64,000 nt of DNA from Planctomycetota bacterium (lineage in GTDB: Bacteria > Planctomycetota > UBA1135 > UBA2386). The notes beneath the pieces were generated by a model that searched no databases, was not told the DNA's origin, and saw nothing but the letters and a program-made list of their open reading frames with translations. Location of the stretch: the NCBI GenBank assembly GCA_965228735.1, contig OZ245838.1:5472001-5536000 (forward strand). The letters are read 5' to 3'. Shown here piece after piece: positions 1 through 10,155 of the stretch. Position 1 is the stretch's first letter; each line of letters starts with the position of its first letter. Position numbers and translations under genes: made by a program.

Positions 1-852
1 CTGCTGCACGAACGCGTCGGGCTCGGTACGCCGCAGATGTCCGAGCACGGATTCGCGACGGCGCGGATCCCGGAGCAGGTGCTCGTAGGCGATCTGGCGT
101 TGGCACGGGTTGCCCGTCGTGAGCCAGGTGTGCGCAGTGCTCGTGAGGTGGGCCGCGACGCGTGGGCCGCCGCGGAGCCGGATTCGCCAGTGGCTGCGCA
201 GCAGCGCGAGCCGCGTGACCGCCGGGACGTGTTCTCGCGTCGTGAGCATTTCGATCGCGGGAGCATGGGCTGCGCCGAGCCAGTCGCCGTCGGCCAGCCC
301 GTCGATCGCGAGCGCGACCGCCACGCTGCGGCCGGCGGTTGCAAGGGCCGTTGCAACGAGGTGGTCGGGGTCGTCGCGTCGCTCGCAGTCGATCGTGAGC
401 ACGCGCCGCGTGACCTTGACGAGAGCGGCGTGCCGTCCGTCACGCTGATTCGCCAACTCGGCAAGCGCGCACTCGCCGGCGTCGGCCCGGCTCGCGACGA
501 GTGCGGCGAGCCGCGCATCGCACTCGCGATCGAGTTCGGCCGCGGCCGTGGGGCGGGCTGCGTCCCAGAGCTCACCGATTCTGTTCACAGCGTTGGCGAT
601 GGCCTGCAGTTCGCGCCCGAACTCGGTCCGTTGGGCAACGTCGTGCGGGCCCGTCGATGGCTCGGGGACCGGCGGTGGGAACGCCTCGGATCGTGGCGCG
701 GGGGCCGGTCGCGTCGGGGTTGCCGGTTCGGGTCGTTCGCCGAGGAGTTGACCCGTGCGGAACCCGATCGCGAAACCGATCGCGAACAGGGTCAGGAGGA
801 ATGCGAGCCACAGTGCGCGGCGGTTGCGTAGGGACGATTGACGTCTGCACAT
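1..852 (-). CDS. Hypothetical membrane-anchored protein (3' end runs off the window)
   Basis: ATG at 852, open to position 1: MCRRQSSLRNRRALWLAFLLTLFAIGFAIGFRTGQLLGERPEPATP..., an N-terminal TM helix then a Pro-rich linker. The + strand ORF 37..831 is its shadow. Confidence 0.6.
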   Translation of the reverse strand, partial: MCRRQSSLRNRRALWLAFLLTLFAIGFAIGFRTGQLLGERPEPATPTRPAPAPRSEAFPPPVPEPSTGPHDVAQRTEFGRELQAIANAVNRIGELWDAARPTAAAELDRECDARLAALVASRADAGECALAELANQRDGRHAALVKVTRRVLTIDCERRDDPDHLVATALATAGRSVAVALAIDGLADGDWLGAAHAPAIEMLTTREHVPAVTRLALLRSHWRIRLRGGPRVAAHLTSTAHTWLTTGNPCQRQIAYEHLLRDPRRRESVLGHLRRTEPDAFVQQ

Positions 853-896
853 GGTTGATGCTGTCGCGGCGCCGGGCGAACTCAGGTTCGTGCGGC

Positions 897-950
897 GCCG
901 CGGTTTTTCTCGGCCGCGGTTTACGGCTGCGGTTTTCTTCGCCGCGGTTT
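897..950. repeat. Four copies of GC(C/T)GCGGTTT in an intergenic region
   Basis: Copies at 897, 913, 926 and 941. Confidence 0.6.
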
Positions 951-1101
951 CACGGTCGCGATCCATCGGTCGCGATCTACTGGACGCGGGGACGGTTGGT
1001 TGGCTTCGCGCCCGCAGCGGTTGCCGGGGTGCACCAGTGGTACGTGCGAGACGGGGGGGAAGCCGGGTCGAAAAACCGCCCTCGCGCGGCCGAGCCGAGG
1101 G

Positions 1102-2073
1102 TCAGCGCGCGAGGTCGCGCGCCGCCGCCTCAATGCCGGCGTCGACCGGGCCGGCGCGCCAGCCGAGCTCGCGTTCGGCCTTGGCCGACGAGTACCAGAG
1201 GTAGCGCGGCGCCAGTCGCAAGATCTCGCTGGTGAGCGGCGGCCGGCTGCCGAAGAGTCGTTCCTTGCCGGCGAGCAGGCGCGCCGCGAGCTTCGTCAGC
1301 GTTGCCGGAATCGTCCGGCGTGGCGGCGTGCCGCCGACCAATGCCGCGATCCGTTCGGCCAGTTGCCGGCCGGTGAGGTTCTCACCACCGAGGATGTAGC
1401 GCTCGCCCGTCCGGCCGCGCTGGATGGCGGCCAGGATCCCGGCGCAGACATCGGTCACGTTCGCCACGTTCAAACCGCCGGGCGCGGCCCATCGCAGCTT
1501 GCCATCCAGGATCGCGGTGATCAGCGAGCCGTCGCCGCCCTTGCGCGGATCGCCCGCGCCGAACATCGATGGCGGGTTGACGATCACGGCGTCGAGTCCG
1601 CGAGCCACTTCGGCGGCGACGGCGGCCTCCGCGCTTCGCTTCGTGTCGCAGTACCCGATTCGGAGCGGGCCGAAGTTGAAGGGCGCGGTCTCGTCGACCG
1701 CCTCGGGGCGATCGCGATAGGCCACCGCGCTGATCGTCGAGCAATGCAGGAATCGCCGCACGTTCGCGGCCCGGGCGAGTCGCGCCAGCCTCGCGGTCGC
1801 CTCGACGTTCACCCGCTGCATGAGTTCGCGGTCCTCGGGCCGGAACGAGACCACGGCCGCGAGGTGCACGACGATCTCGGCGCCGTCGACGCCGCGGGCC
1901 AGCGCCGGATCGTCGGCGAGCCGGCCCTCGATGGGCTGGTAGGGCACGTCGGTCGGCAACCGTTGCCCAGGACGAACGAGCGCCCGCACGTCGTGCTCGC
2001 GCGCGAGCAGCGGCAGGAGATGGCGGCCGACGAACCCGCTGCCGCCGGTGAGCAGGCAGATGGGGCGAGTCAT
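1102..2073 (-). CDS. NAD-dependent epimerase/dehydratase (extended SDR, HpnA/dihydroflavonol-reductase-like)
   Basis: TGGSGFVG Rossmann motif, HLAA, YCDTK (YxxxK), VNPPSMFG. Confidence 0.9.
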   Translation of the reverse strand: MTRPICLLTGGSGFVGRHLLPLLAREHDVRALVRPGQRLPTDVPYQPIEGRLADDPALARGVDGAEIVVHLAAVVSFRPEDRELMQRVNVEATARLARLARAANVRRFLHCSTISAVAYRDRPEAVDETAPFNFGPLRIGYCDTKRSAEAAVAAEVARGLDAVIVNPPSMFGAGDPRKGGDGSLITAILDGKLRWAAPGGLNVANVTDVCAGILAAIQRGRTGERYILGGENLTGRQLAERIAALVGGTPPRRTIPATLTKLAARLLAGKERLFGSRPPLTSEILRLAPRYLWYSSAKAERELGWRAGPVDAGIEAAARDLAR

Positions 2074-2474
2074 CGGCGCCGGCCTGCTGTGGGGCGCCGG
2101 GTTGCGGGGTCAGAGGCAGGCACGGGCTCGCCGAGCGGCATGGGAAGAACGCTAACGCGGCTCGCGGCGGCCGCATCCGGTAGCTGGTGCATTGATTGTG
2201 CATGGGGGGCCGGCGGTCGTCCGGTGGCCGCGGCGGACCGCCCAAGCGGCTGCGTGCCAGGGCGTTGTCGCGTCTTCGCCGGGTTGCTTCACCCGAGCGC
2301 GTTCGCCGCGAACGCGCCGTGCACACGCAATGCACCAGGTCTCGGTCGCGAGTTCCGCTCGAGGGTAAGCGGCCCTGGAGGTCTGCCGTTCGCGTCACGC
2401 CATGCCACGGCGCGTTGCCCGTGGTTAGACTGCCGGGTCGCCTGCTTCCCCTTCCCCTCCGCCCCAAGAGCTTC

Positions 2475-5315
2475 ATGTTCCAAGCTACATCACAGGCCGC
2501 CTTCCTCGTCGCCGCCCTCGGCGTTTCGGTCGCAATCAGCGCCCAGGCTCCGACCGCGCCGACGAACGAGTCGTCGTTCGTCTTCCTGCGCTACGAGACG
2601 TTCAACCCGTTGCAGGGTGAGCCGGAGATCCCGGCGACGCTCCAGAGCCGCGAGTCCGACCGGCTCTTCATCGTCCAGTTCCACGGCACGCCCCAGCAGG
2701 CCGATCGCGACGCGATCGCGGCGCTCGGCGGCGAGGTGCACGGTTACCTGCCCGACAACAGCTACGTCGTTCGGATGCCGGGTTCGCGACGGGACGCCGT
2801 GATGGCGCAGACCGGCGTGCGTTGGGTTGGCGCCTATCACCCGGCCTACCGGATCGATCCGGAGATCCTCGAGGTGCTCGCCGACGGTGACCTCGGGGCC
2901 GCGCGCTACAACATGGTCGTTGTCGACAAGCACAACGACAAGCCGGCGCTCGCGGCCGGGATCCAGGGCATCGGCGGGATCGTCGACAACGAGCACACCG
3001 GCAGCCTGCTGTTCACGGCCACGCTGACCGCGGAGCAGCTCGTCCAGACCGCGCACTTCGATCAGGTGCTCTGGATCGACGCTTGGGGCGCTCCCGAGAA
3101 CGATGTCGACAACGCGCGCGCGCAGAGCGGCGCCAACTACGTCGAGACGCAGGGTGGCTACACCGGCAACGGTATCAACCTGCACATCTACGAGGGCATC
3201 CTGCAATCACACCAGGCCTTCTCGGGCCCGGTCGTCAACGTCAACAGCGGCGGCCAATCGACGGGCCACGGCACCAACACGGCCGGCATCGTCTTCGGTG
3301 ATGGCACGGGCAACCCGCAGTTCCGGGGCTATTCGCCGGACTCGGGCAAGTTCTACACGAACTACAGCTCGGTCAGCACGTCGCGTTGGCAGGTCGTCAG
3401 CGACCTGATCAACGTGCACAACGTGAGCCACACGACGGCGTCCTGGGGTGACCCACGCACGCGCAACTACACGTCGGTCTCGGCGGAGGCGGACGACATC
3501 ATCTTCGACCACGACATCGCGTGGACGCAGAGCCAGAGCAACGCCGGCAACCAGGATTCGCGGCCGCAGGCATGGGCGAAGAACATCTTCTCCTGCGGTG
3601 GCTTCGGTCACGGCAACAACGCCAACCCGCAGGACGACTCGTGGCAGGCCGGTAACGGCAGCACCGGGCCGGCGGCCGACGGGCGCATCAAGCCGACGCT
3701 GGCCGCGTACTACGACCAGATCGGTACGACGAGCAGCAACGGTGGCTACACGACGAACTTCGGTGGCACGTCGGGTGCGACGCCGATCATCGCGGGCAAC
3801 AACGCGCTCGCGATCGACATGTTCACGGACGACTCGGCGATGCCGGGATTCGGCATCTTCGGTAACCAGCTCCGCAACCCGGGTGCGTCCAAGCACGTCA
3901 ACCGCCCGCACTTCACGACGCTGAAGTGCCTGCAGGTCGCGAACGCGAGTCAGTACCCGTTCAACGCCACGAGCTCCGACAACCGTCGTGAGCACGTCGG
4001 CTGGGGCTACCCGAGTCTCGAGCGGATGCACGACTACCGCGACAAGACGTTCATCGTGGACGAGACCGACATCCTCACGAACGGCAACACGATGGTCTAC
4101 AGCGTGTTCGTGGCGCCGGGTGAGACCCGCTTCAGCGCGGTGCTGCACTACGCCGAGCCGGGGGCCAACCCGGCCGCGACGATCACGCTGATCAACAACC
4201 TGTCGCTGCGCATCACCGCGCCCGACAGCACGACCTACTGGGGCAACAACGGCCTCGAGCAGGGCAACTGGTCGGTTCCGGGCGGCAGCGAGGACGGGAT
4301 CAACCCGATCGAGTGCGTGTTCGTGCAGAACCCGACGCCGGGTGCCTGGACGATCGAGGTCATCGCGACGTCGATCGTGCAGGACAACCACGTCGAGACC
4401 GCGGCGGTCGATGCCGACTTCGGCCTCGTCGTCACGGGTGGCACGGGCCAGCCGCCGACGAACGCGTTCTTCACGACGTTCGGCGTCGCGTGCGCGGGTT
4501 CGTCGAGCACGACCTCGCCTTGCGTCGAGGTCAACGGCAGTGGCGGCACGCTCACGGGTCTGACGAGCAACAAGGAGTTCGGCATCATCCCGGCGCAGGC
4601 TCAGGCCGACATCGAACGATTCGAGGTCTTCCTGCAGTCGACGGGTGGCACGGTCTCGGTGCCGGCGGCGATCTACCCGCTGCTCAGCCCGACGCCGATC
4701 GCGACGACGACGATCACCGTCGGACCCAACGCGGCGTTCTACGAGGCCGACTTCGGTGCGCCGGTTGCCTTGGCGGGCGCGGTTTTCCTCGGCGTCGATA
4801 CCTCCGCGGGCAACGTGTTCGTGCCGAACCTCGCGACCGGCAACTCCGGTGCCGTGTTCTCGCGTCCGAACGCGACCGGCAGCTGGACGTTCGATCCGTC
4901 GGTGAACCGTCCGTCCTACCGCGTGTACTGCACGGCCGGCACGGTCTTCGACGTGCCGGAGCTCGGCAACACCGGCCTGCCGATTCTCGGCACCAGCTAC
5001 GACATCACGCTGAGCAACGCGCTGCCCTCGACGGCTGCGTTCGCCGTGACGGGCCTGTCGGACCAGACGTTCAACGGTCAGTCGCTGCCGGCGCCGCTGC
5101 CGGGTGCTCCGGGTTGTGACCTGCAGGTCTCGGCCGACGCCACCCGGTTGGTCTTCGTCGACGCGAACGGTGCGGCGAGCGTCTCGACGCCGGTGCCCTC
5201 GAACACCTCGTTCATCGGCGTCGTGCTGTTCCACCAGTGGGCGATCGCCGACCCGACCAAGAACGCGCTCGGCATCGTCGTGTCGAACTCGGGCCGTGCC
5301 TTCCTCGGGAACTGA
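2475..5315 (+). CDS. Secreted S8 subtilisin-like serine peptidase with propeptide, beta-barrel domain and shared C-terminal domain
   Basis: Signal peptide MFQATSQAAFLVAALGVSVAISAQ; HGTNTAG (His); GGTSGATP (Ser); GRIKP motif; NNLSLRITAP...NPIECV beta-barrel. Confidence 0.88.
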   Translation: MFQATSQAAFLVAALGVSVAISAQAPTAPTNESSFVFLRYETFNPLQGEPEIPATLQSRESDRLFIVQFHGTPQQADRDAIAALGGEVHGYLPDNSYVVRMPGSRRDAVMAQTGVRWVGAYHPAYRIDPEILEVLADGDLGAARYNMVVVDKHNDKPALAAGIQGIGGIVDNEHTGSLLFTATLTAEQLVQTAHFDQVLWIDAWGAPENDVDNARAQSGANYVETQGGYTGNGINLHIYEGILQSHQAFSGPVVNVNSGGQSTGHGTNTAGIVFGDGTGNPQFRGYSPDSGKFYTNYSSVSTSRWQVVSDLINVHNVSHTTASWGDPRTRNYTSVSAEADDIIFDHDIAWTQSQSNAGNQDSRPQAWAKNIFSCGGFGHGNNANPQDDSWQAGNGSTGPAADGRIKPTLAAYYDQIGTTSSNGGYTTNFGGTSGATPIIAGNNALAIDMFTDDSAMPGFGIFGNQLRNPGASKHVNRPHFTTLKCLQVANASQYPFNATSSDNRREHVGWGYPSLERMHDYRDKTFIVDETDILTNGNTMVYSVFVAPGETRFSAVLHYAEPGANPAATITLINNLSLRITAPDSTTYWGNNGLEQGNWSVPGGSEDGINPIECVFVQNPTPGAWTIEVIATSIVQDNHVETAAVDADFGLVVTGGTGQPPTNAFFTTFGVACAGSSSTTSPCVEVNGSGGTLTGLTSNKEFGIIPAQAQADIERFEVFLQSTGGTVSVPAAIYPLLSPTPIATTTITVGPNAAFYEADFGAPVALAGAVFLGVDTSAGNVFVPNLATGNSGAVFSRPNATGSWTFDPSVNRPSYRVYCTAGTVFDVPELGNTGLPILGTSYDITLSNALPSTAAFAVTGLSDQTFNGQSLPAPLPGAPGCDLQVSADATRLVFVDANGAASVSTPVPSNTSFIGVVLFHQWAIADPTKNALGIVVSNSGRAFLGN

Positions 5316-5326
5316 CGCTGGCTGAG

Positions 5327-5353
5327 AGCCGGGTGGTCCGAGGCCGCCCGGCT
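5327..5353 (+). terminator. GC-rich hairpin after the S8 gene (possible terminator, no U-tract)
   Basis: AGCCGGGTGGTC-CGA-GGCCGCCCGGCT, 12-bp stem with G-U pairs. Confidence 0.45.
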
Positions 5354-5528
5354 GGTTCGGTGTGCGCAAGCGCGCCGAGTCGAACGCGCCCGATGACGCG
5401 GTCATCGGGCGCGCTCGTGTACGGTCGGTGGCTGCCGTTGCGAAGCCGCGACTGGTAAATGACCCGCAGCTGCAGAAGCTTGCAGGCAGGCGGCGCGGCC
5501 ATCCCGGCGCCTGCTCGACGGCGGCAGC

Positions 5529-6935
5529 ATGCGCATCCTGCACACGGCAGACTGGCACCTGGGACACACGTTGCGCGGGCATTCCCGGCAACGTGAGCAC
5601 GAGCACTTCCTCGGATGGCTCGTCGACACGGTCGTCGAACGCCGGGTGGACGCGGTCCTCATCGCGGGGGACGTGTTCGACAGCGCCAATCCGCCGCCCT
5701 TCGCTTGGCGGCTCTGGTTCGAGTTCCTCGGGGCGCTGCGGCGGCGGCGGCCGGGTGTGCAGGTGGTGGTCATCGCCGGCAATCACGATTCGGCCGCTCG
5801 CCTCGAAGCGCCGCGCGACCTGCTCGCCGCGTTCGATGTTCACGTGTTGGGGCGAGTGCGGCGCGATGCCGACGGTCGCTTGCTCGCGGACCAACTCTTG
5901 ATTCCGCTGGTCGGGGTGGAGGATTCCGAGGCCCGCGCGCTCGTCGTCGCGATTCCGTTCTTGCGGGCGAGCGACGTGGCCGTCGTTCGCGACGTCGAAC
6001 GGGATGGGGCCGAACGGGATGGGGCCGAACGGAAGGGGACCGAGCGGGAGGGCGGAGCGGGCGAGTCGAAGGCCGTTGCGATTCCGCGGGCCGGTGAGTC
6101 TGTCGAGCGACACGAGCTGGGCAGCGCGGACGGCGATGACCCGCTGATCGTCGGCATGCGGGCGCTGCACTCGGAGCTCTTCGAGGCGGCGCGGTCCCGG
6201 CTCGAGTCGGGGCAGGCGCTCGTCGCGATGGCGCATGGCTATCTCGTCGGCGGCATGTTGAGTGAGCTCAGCGAACGCAAGGTGCTCGGTGGCAATCAAC
6301 ATGCACTGCCCGTCGACCTGTTCCCCGACGATTGCGATTACGTGGCGCTCGGCCACCTGCACCGGCCGCAGAAGGTCGCGATGCGCGAGAACGTGCGCTA
6401 CTGCGGTTCGCCGATCCCGTTGTCGATGCCCGAGCGCGAACACCCGCATCACGTGGTCTTCGCGGACCTCGCGGATGGCGCGCTCGAGAAGGTGTGGTCG
6501 TTGCGGGTGCCGCGTCTCGTGCCGTTGCTGCGGATTCCGGAGCGCGGCGAGCTCGAGCCCGAAGCTGCGATGGCCGCCGTCGCCGCGTTGCCGGCGCGGG
6601 ACGCCGAGGACGGCCTTCTCGACGAGGATCTGCGACCGCTGCTCGAGATCGCCGTGCGGGTGCCGGAGCCGATGCCGAGCCTCGCCGAACGCCTCGTGAC
6701 GGCGGCCGCAGACCGCGACGTGCGGCTCGCGCGGATCGAGCTCAAGACGACCGCTGCACCGTCCGGCGGCGAGCCCGATGGTTCCACGTCGCGCGACCTC
6801 GCCACGCTGTTGCCGGAGGAACTGTTCCGGTTGCGCTACGCGCGCGAGCACGAGGGCGCGGTGCCGAAGCGCCTGCTCGCTGCGTTTCGCGAGCTCGTCG
6901 ACGAGGTCGAGAACGGCTCGGAGGTCGCGCCGTGA
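5529..6935 (+). CDS. sbcD: Exonuclease SbcCD subunit D
   Basis: MRILHTADWHLG, AGDVFD, AGNHDS, YVALGHLH, YCGSP; overlaps sbcC (GTGA). Confidence 0.95.
   Translation: MRILHTADWHLGHTLRGHSRQREHEHFLGWLVDTVVERRVDAVLIAGDVFDSANPPPFAWRLWFEFLGALRRRRPGVQVVVIAGNHDSAARLEAPRDLLAAFDVHVLGRVRRDADGRLLADQLLIPLVGVEDSEARALVVAIPFLRASDVAVVRDVERDGAERDGAERKGTEREGGAGESKAVAIPRAGESVERHELGSADGDDPLIVGMRALHSELFEAARSRLESGQALVAMAHGYLVGGMLSELSERKVLGGNQHALPVDLFPDDCDYVALGHLHRPQKVAMRENVRYCGSPIPLSMPEREHPHHVVFADLADGALEKVWSLRVPRLVPLLRIPERGELEPEAAMAAVAALPARDAEDGLLDEDLRPLLEIAVRVPEPMPSLAERLVTAAADRDVRLARIELKTTAAPSGGEPDGSTSRDLATLLPEELFRLRYAREHEGAVPKRLLAAFRELVDEVENGSEVAP
5997..6056 (+). repeat. In-frame 15-bp tandem repeat inside sbcD (ERDGA-ERDGA-ERKGT-EREGG)
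   Basis: GAACGGGATGGGGCC x2 followed by two degenerate copies. Confidence 0.75.
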
Positions 6936-9900
6936 AGATCCTCGCGATCCGCGGTCACAACCTCGCGAGCCTGGCGCGTGAGTTCGAGGTCGACCTCGAA
7001 GCCGGCGATCTCGGTAGCGCTGGCATCTTCGCGATCTGCGGCCCCGTCGGCGCCGGTAAGAGCACCCTGCTCGACGCGCTCTGCCTCGCGTTGTTCGATC
7101 GCACGCCGCGGTTGTCGGGGCGCGGCGGCGTCGCCGTCGCCGAGGCCGAGCTGCCGGCCGCCCACTGGCTGCACAGCCACGATCCGCGCACGCTGCTGAG
7201 ACGTGGCGCCGCATCCGGGTACGCGGAGGTCGATTTCACGGGCCGAGATGGCCAGCGCTATCGATCACGCTGGTCCGTGCGGCGGGCGCGCCGACAGGCC
7301 GATGGCCGGATCCAGCCGCAAGAACTCGTGCTCACCGACATCGACCGGGGTGTCGTCGTCGCGGGTGGCGGCAAGGGCGAGGTGCTCAACGCGATCCGGG
7401 CGCGGCTCGGTCTCGACTTCGCGCAGTTCTGTCGGTCGGTGCTGCTCGCGCAGGGCGACTTCGCGGCGTTCCTCGCGGCGCCGGCGGACGAGCGCGCGAG
7501 TTTGCTCGAGAGCCTCACGGGCGCGGACGTTTACCGCCGCATCTCGCGCGCGGCCCATGAACGCAGTCGGGTCGCGCGACAGCGGGTCGAGCAGCTGCGT
7601 GCGCAGGTCGGGACCCTCGATCTGCTCGATGGCGGCGAACGCGCGCAGCTCGAAGGGCGCGCCGCGGCGTTGACGCAACAGGTCGAGGTCGCCGAGGTCG
7701 CGGTCGAGCTCGCGCAGCAGGTGGTGTCGTGGTATGCCGCGGCTGCGGAGTATCGGCGTGAGGAGCAGGAGCGCACCGCCGATCTGCAGCGAGCGCAGCA
7801 GGACAACCGTGCGGCCGCCAAGGCGCGTGAACGCAACCGGCTGCTCGTGCGCGCGCTGCCGATCGCGCCGCGCGTCGAGGCGCTCACTGCGGCGCAGCAG
7901 GCTGTCGTTGCGGCGGTGCAGCGAGAACAGGAACTCAGCGTCCAGCTCGCCACCGAACGCCAGGTCGCGACCGAGCTCGAGCGCGCAGCGCGCGCGCAGG
8001 TCGAGCGCGTGTTCGGCGTCGAGGCGTCGGCGGCGCCACCGATGCTCGTCGCCGAGTTCGAGCGTTGGCAGCCGACGTTCGCGCGGTGGTTGCGTCGGCA
8101 CGCCGAGTGGCGCGCTTTCGGGGTGTCCACGGCGGCCGCGGCGATGGCCGAGCGCGATGCCGCCGATGCGGCCAAGGCGGCGGCGGCAAACCTGGAAGCG
8201 GCCGAGTTTCGCGAGCTGCCAGCGCGCCGCCAGCGCTTGCTCGCCGAGCGCGAGGCCGTCGCCGCGATCACTGCCGCGGTGCGCGAGTGGCAGGGAGCGC
8301 GCTCGGTCGCGAGCGAGCGCCAGGCCGAGCTCACCCGACTCGAGGGCGAGCGCGAACGGTTGGCTCGAGGGTTCGACGAGCTCGCGCGCGCCGTCGAGGT
8401 CGCGGACCGGGAACTGCACGCCGCGCAGCAGGCTGCCGAGCACGCGCGGATCCGCGGCGATCTCGCCGCGTTCCGCGAACACCTCGAGTCCGGCGAGCCG
8501 TGTCCGCTCTGTGGTTCGATCGAGCATCCCCATCCCGTCGATGCGCCGTCGCCCTCCGGCTCTGGCAATGACAACCCCGAGACGGCGGCCGTCGAGCGGG
8601 CCCAGAAGCAGCGCGAAGCCGCGCGCGACGCGGTGGCCGCGCGTGAGGCCGAGCGGCGGGCGTGTGAGCGCGCGCTTCGGGCGGCGCGCTCGGCCGCGGA
8701 GCGCGCGGCGGATGCCGTTGCCGCGTGTGAGCGCGTGGCGGTCGAGGCTCTCGGTGGGGCGGGCGCGATGGCTCGCGGAGCTCGCGAGTCGGAGCTTCGC
8801 GAGCGGCCAGCGGCCGCGGAGTCCGCCGACGAACCGGAAGCCTCCGTCACGTTGACCGAGACCGAGGCCGTGGCCGTTGCCGAGCGTCGCACGGCCGGGC
8901 TCGCCGATGAAGAACGTGCCGTCGCCGCGTTGGCCGATCGTCACGACGAACTCCGGGCCGCGTACCAGACCGCCGTCGATGCCGAGCGGCGGGCGCAGTC
9001 AGCGGGCACGGCGGCGGCCGCGTTCCTCGAGGCGAACGAGGAGCTCGCGCCAGCGCTCGTTGGAGTCAGCGATCCAGTGCAGCGGCTCGCGGCACTGATC
9101 GAGGATGCCGGCTCACCGGCAGCAGGCGATGCTGCGGTGCGCGATTTGGTCTCTGCGCACGAGCAGAGCGCTCTGGCCGCGACCCGCGCCGCGACCTTGG
9201 AGCGTGAACTCGTCGATGCGGCGGCGGCGCGCCAGGCCCGGGAGGGTGAGTTCGCCGCGGTGAGCGCCGAGGTCGAGGCCGCCGCACGGGCGGCCGAGAT
9301 CACGGTTGGCTCGGTTCGCGAGGCGGCCGCCGTTGGCGCCGCGGCCGTCCTGGCGGAACAGCAAGAACTCGACCGACTGCAGGCCGCCGAAGAACAGGCG
9401 CGGGCCGTCGTGCAGCAATGCGCCCGCGTTCGCGGCCGCCACGAACGCACGAACCGGCCCGCGATCGACGAGGGCGACGCGGCGCAGGCGCTCGAGGATT
9501 CGCGATCCGCGCGGCAGAAGGCGCGCACCGAGCGCGACGACGTGCGCGATCGGTTGAGTGCCGACGACTTCCTTCGGCGGCAACGCGAAGAGCTCGCGCC
9601 GCGTCTCCGCGCCGCCGAACGCGAGTGCGAGACCTGGGTCGCGCTCGACGAGCTCATCGGGCACAGTCGCGGTGATCGGTTCGCGGTGTTCGCCCAGGGG
9701 CTGACCCTCGATCTGCTGCTGCAGGAGGCCAACCGGCGGCTCGCCGATCTCGCGCGCCGCTACCGGCTCGAGAAGAACCGCGGCCGCGACATGGACTTCG
9801 TCGTCGTCGACCTCGATCTCGGCGGTGCTCGCCGCGGCCTGCAGTCGTTGTCCGGTGGCGAGACGTTCCTCGTCTCGCTCGCGCTCGCACTCGCGCTCGC

Positions 9901-10135
9901 GACGCTGGCCGCGCCGCGCTCGCGCGTCGAGACGCTGTTCCTCGACGAGGGGTTCGGCACGCTCGACGCTCAGAACCTCGAGGCCGCACTCGGTGCGCTC
10001 GATTCACTGCAGGCGACGGGCTGCCAGATCGGGATCATCTCGCATGTCGACGGCATCGCTGAGCGCATCGGGACCGTCGTCGACGTGGAGCCCGAGGGCT
10101 CCGGGCAGAGCCGGATTCGCGTTCGGGCGCACTGA
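6932..10135 (+). CDS. sbcC: Exonuclease SbcCD subunit C (Rad50-like ATPase)
   Basis: GTG start; Walker A GPVGAGKST; coiled coils; CPLCGS zinc hook; LSGGE signature; LFLDEGFGTLD Walker B. Confidence 0.95.
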   Translation: MKILAIRGHNLASLAREFEVDLEAGDLGSAGIFAICGPVGAGKSTLLDALCLALFDRTPRLSGRGGVAVAEAELPAAHWLHSHDPRTLLRRGAASGYAEVDFTGRDGQRYRSRWSVRRARRQADGRIQPQELVLTDIDRGVVVAGGGKGEVLNAIRARLGLDFAQFCRSVLLAQGDFAAFLAAPADERASLLESLTGADVYRRISRAAHERSRVARQRVEQLRAQVGTLDLLDGGERAQLEGRAAALTQQVEVAEVAVELAQQVVSWYAAAAEYRREEQERTADLQRAQQDNRAAAKARERNRLLVRALPIAPRVEALTAAQQAVVAAVQREQELSVQLATERQVATELERAARAQVERVFGVEASAAPPMLVAEFERWQPTFARWLRRHAEWRAFGVSTAAAAMAERDAADAAKAAAANLEAAEFRELPARRQRLLAEREAVAAITAAVREWQGARSVASERQAELTRLEGERERLARGFDELARAVEVADRELHAAQQAAEHARIRGDLAAFREHLESGEPCPLCGSIEHPHPVDAPSPSGSGNDNPETAAVERAQKQREAARDAVAAREAERRACERALRAARSAAERAADAVAACERVAVEALGGAGAMARGARESELRERPAAAESADEPEASVTLTETEAVAVAERRTAGLADEERAVAALADRHDELRAAYQTAVDAERRAQSAGTAAAAFLEANEELAPALVGVSDPVQRLAALIEDAGSPAAGDAAVRDLVSAHEQSALAATRAATLERELVDAAAARQAREGEFAAVSAEVEAAARAAEITVGSVREAAAVGAAAVLAEQQELDRLQAAEEQARAVVQQCARVRGRHERTNRPAIDEGDAAQALEDSRSARQKARTERDDVRDRLSADDFLRRQREELAPRLRAAERECETWVALDELIGHSRGDRFAVFAQGLTLDLLLQEANRRLADLARRYRLEKNRGRDMDFVVVDLDLGGARRGLQSLSGGETFLVSLALALALATLAAPRSRVETLFLDEGFGTLDAQNLEAALGALDSLQATGCQIGIISHVDGIAERIGTVVDVEPEGSGQSRIRVRAH

Positions 10136-10155
10136 CCGGATAAGGTCCGCCGCCG

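Noticed and set aside
3207..7214. Very long antisense ORFs (also 26168-29164 +, 37594-40728 -, 40701-43958 -, 1000-2802 +)
   Set aside because: Shadow frames of well-supported genes in high-GC DNA; Arg/Ala-rich with no motifs.
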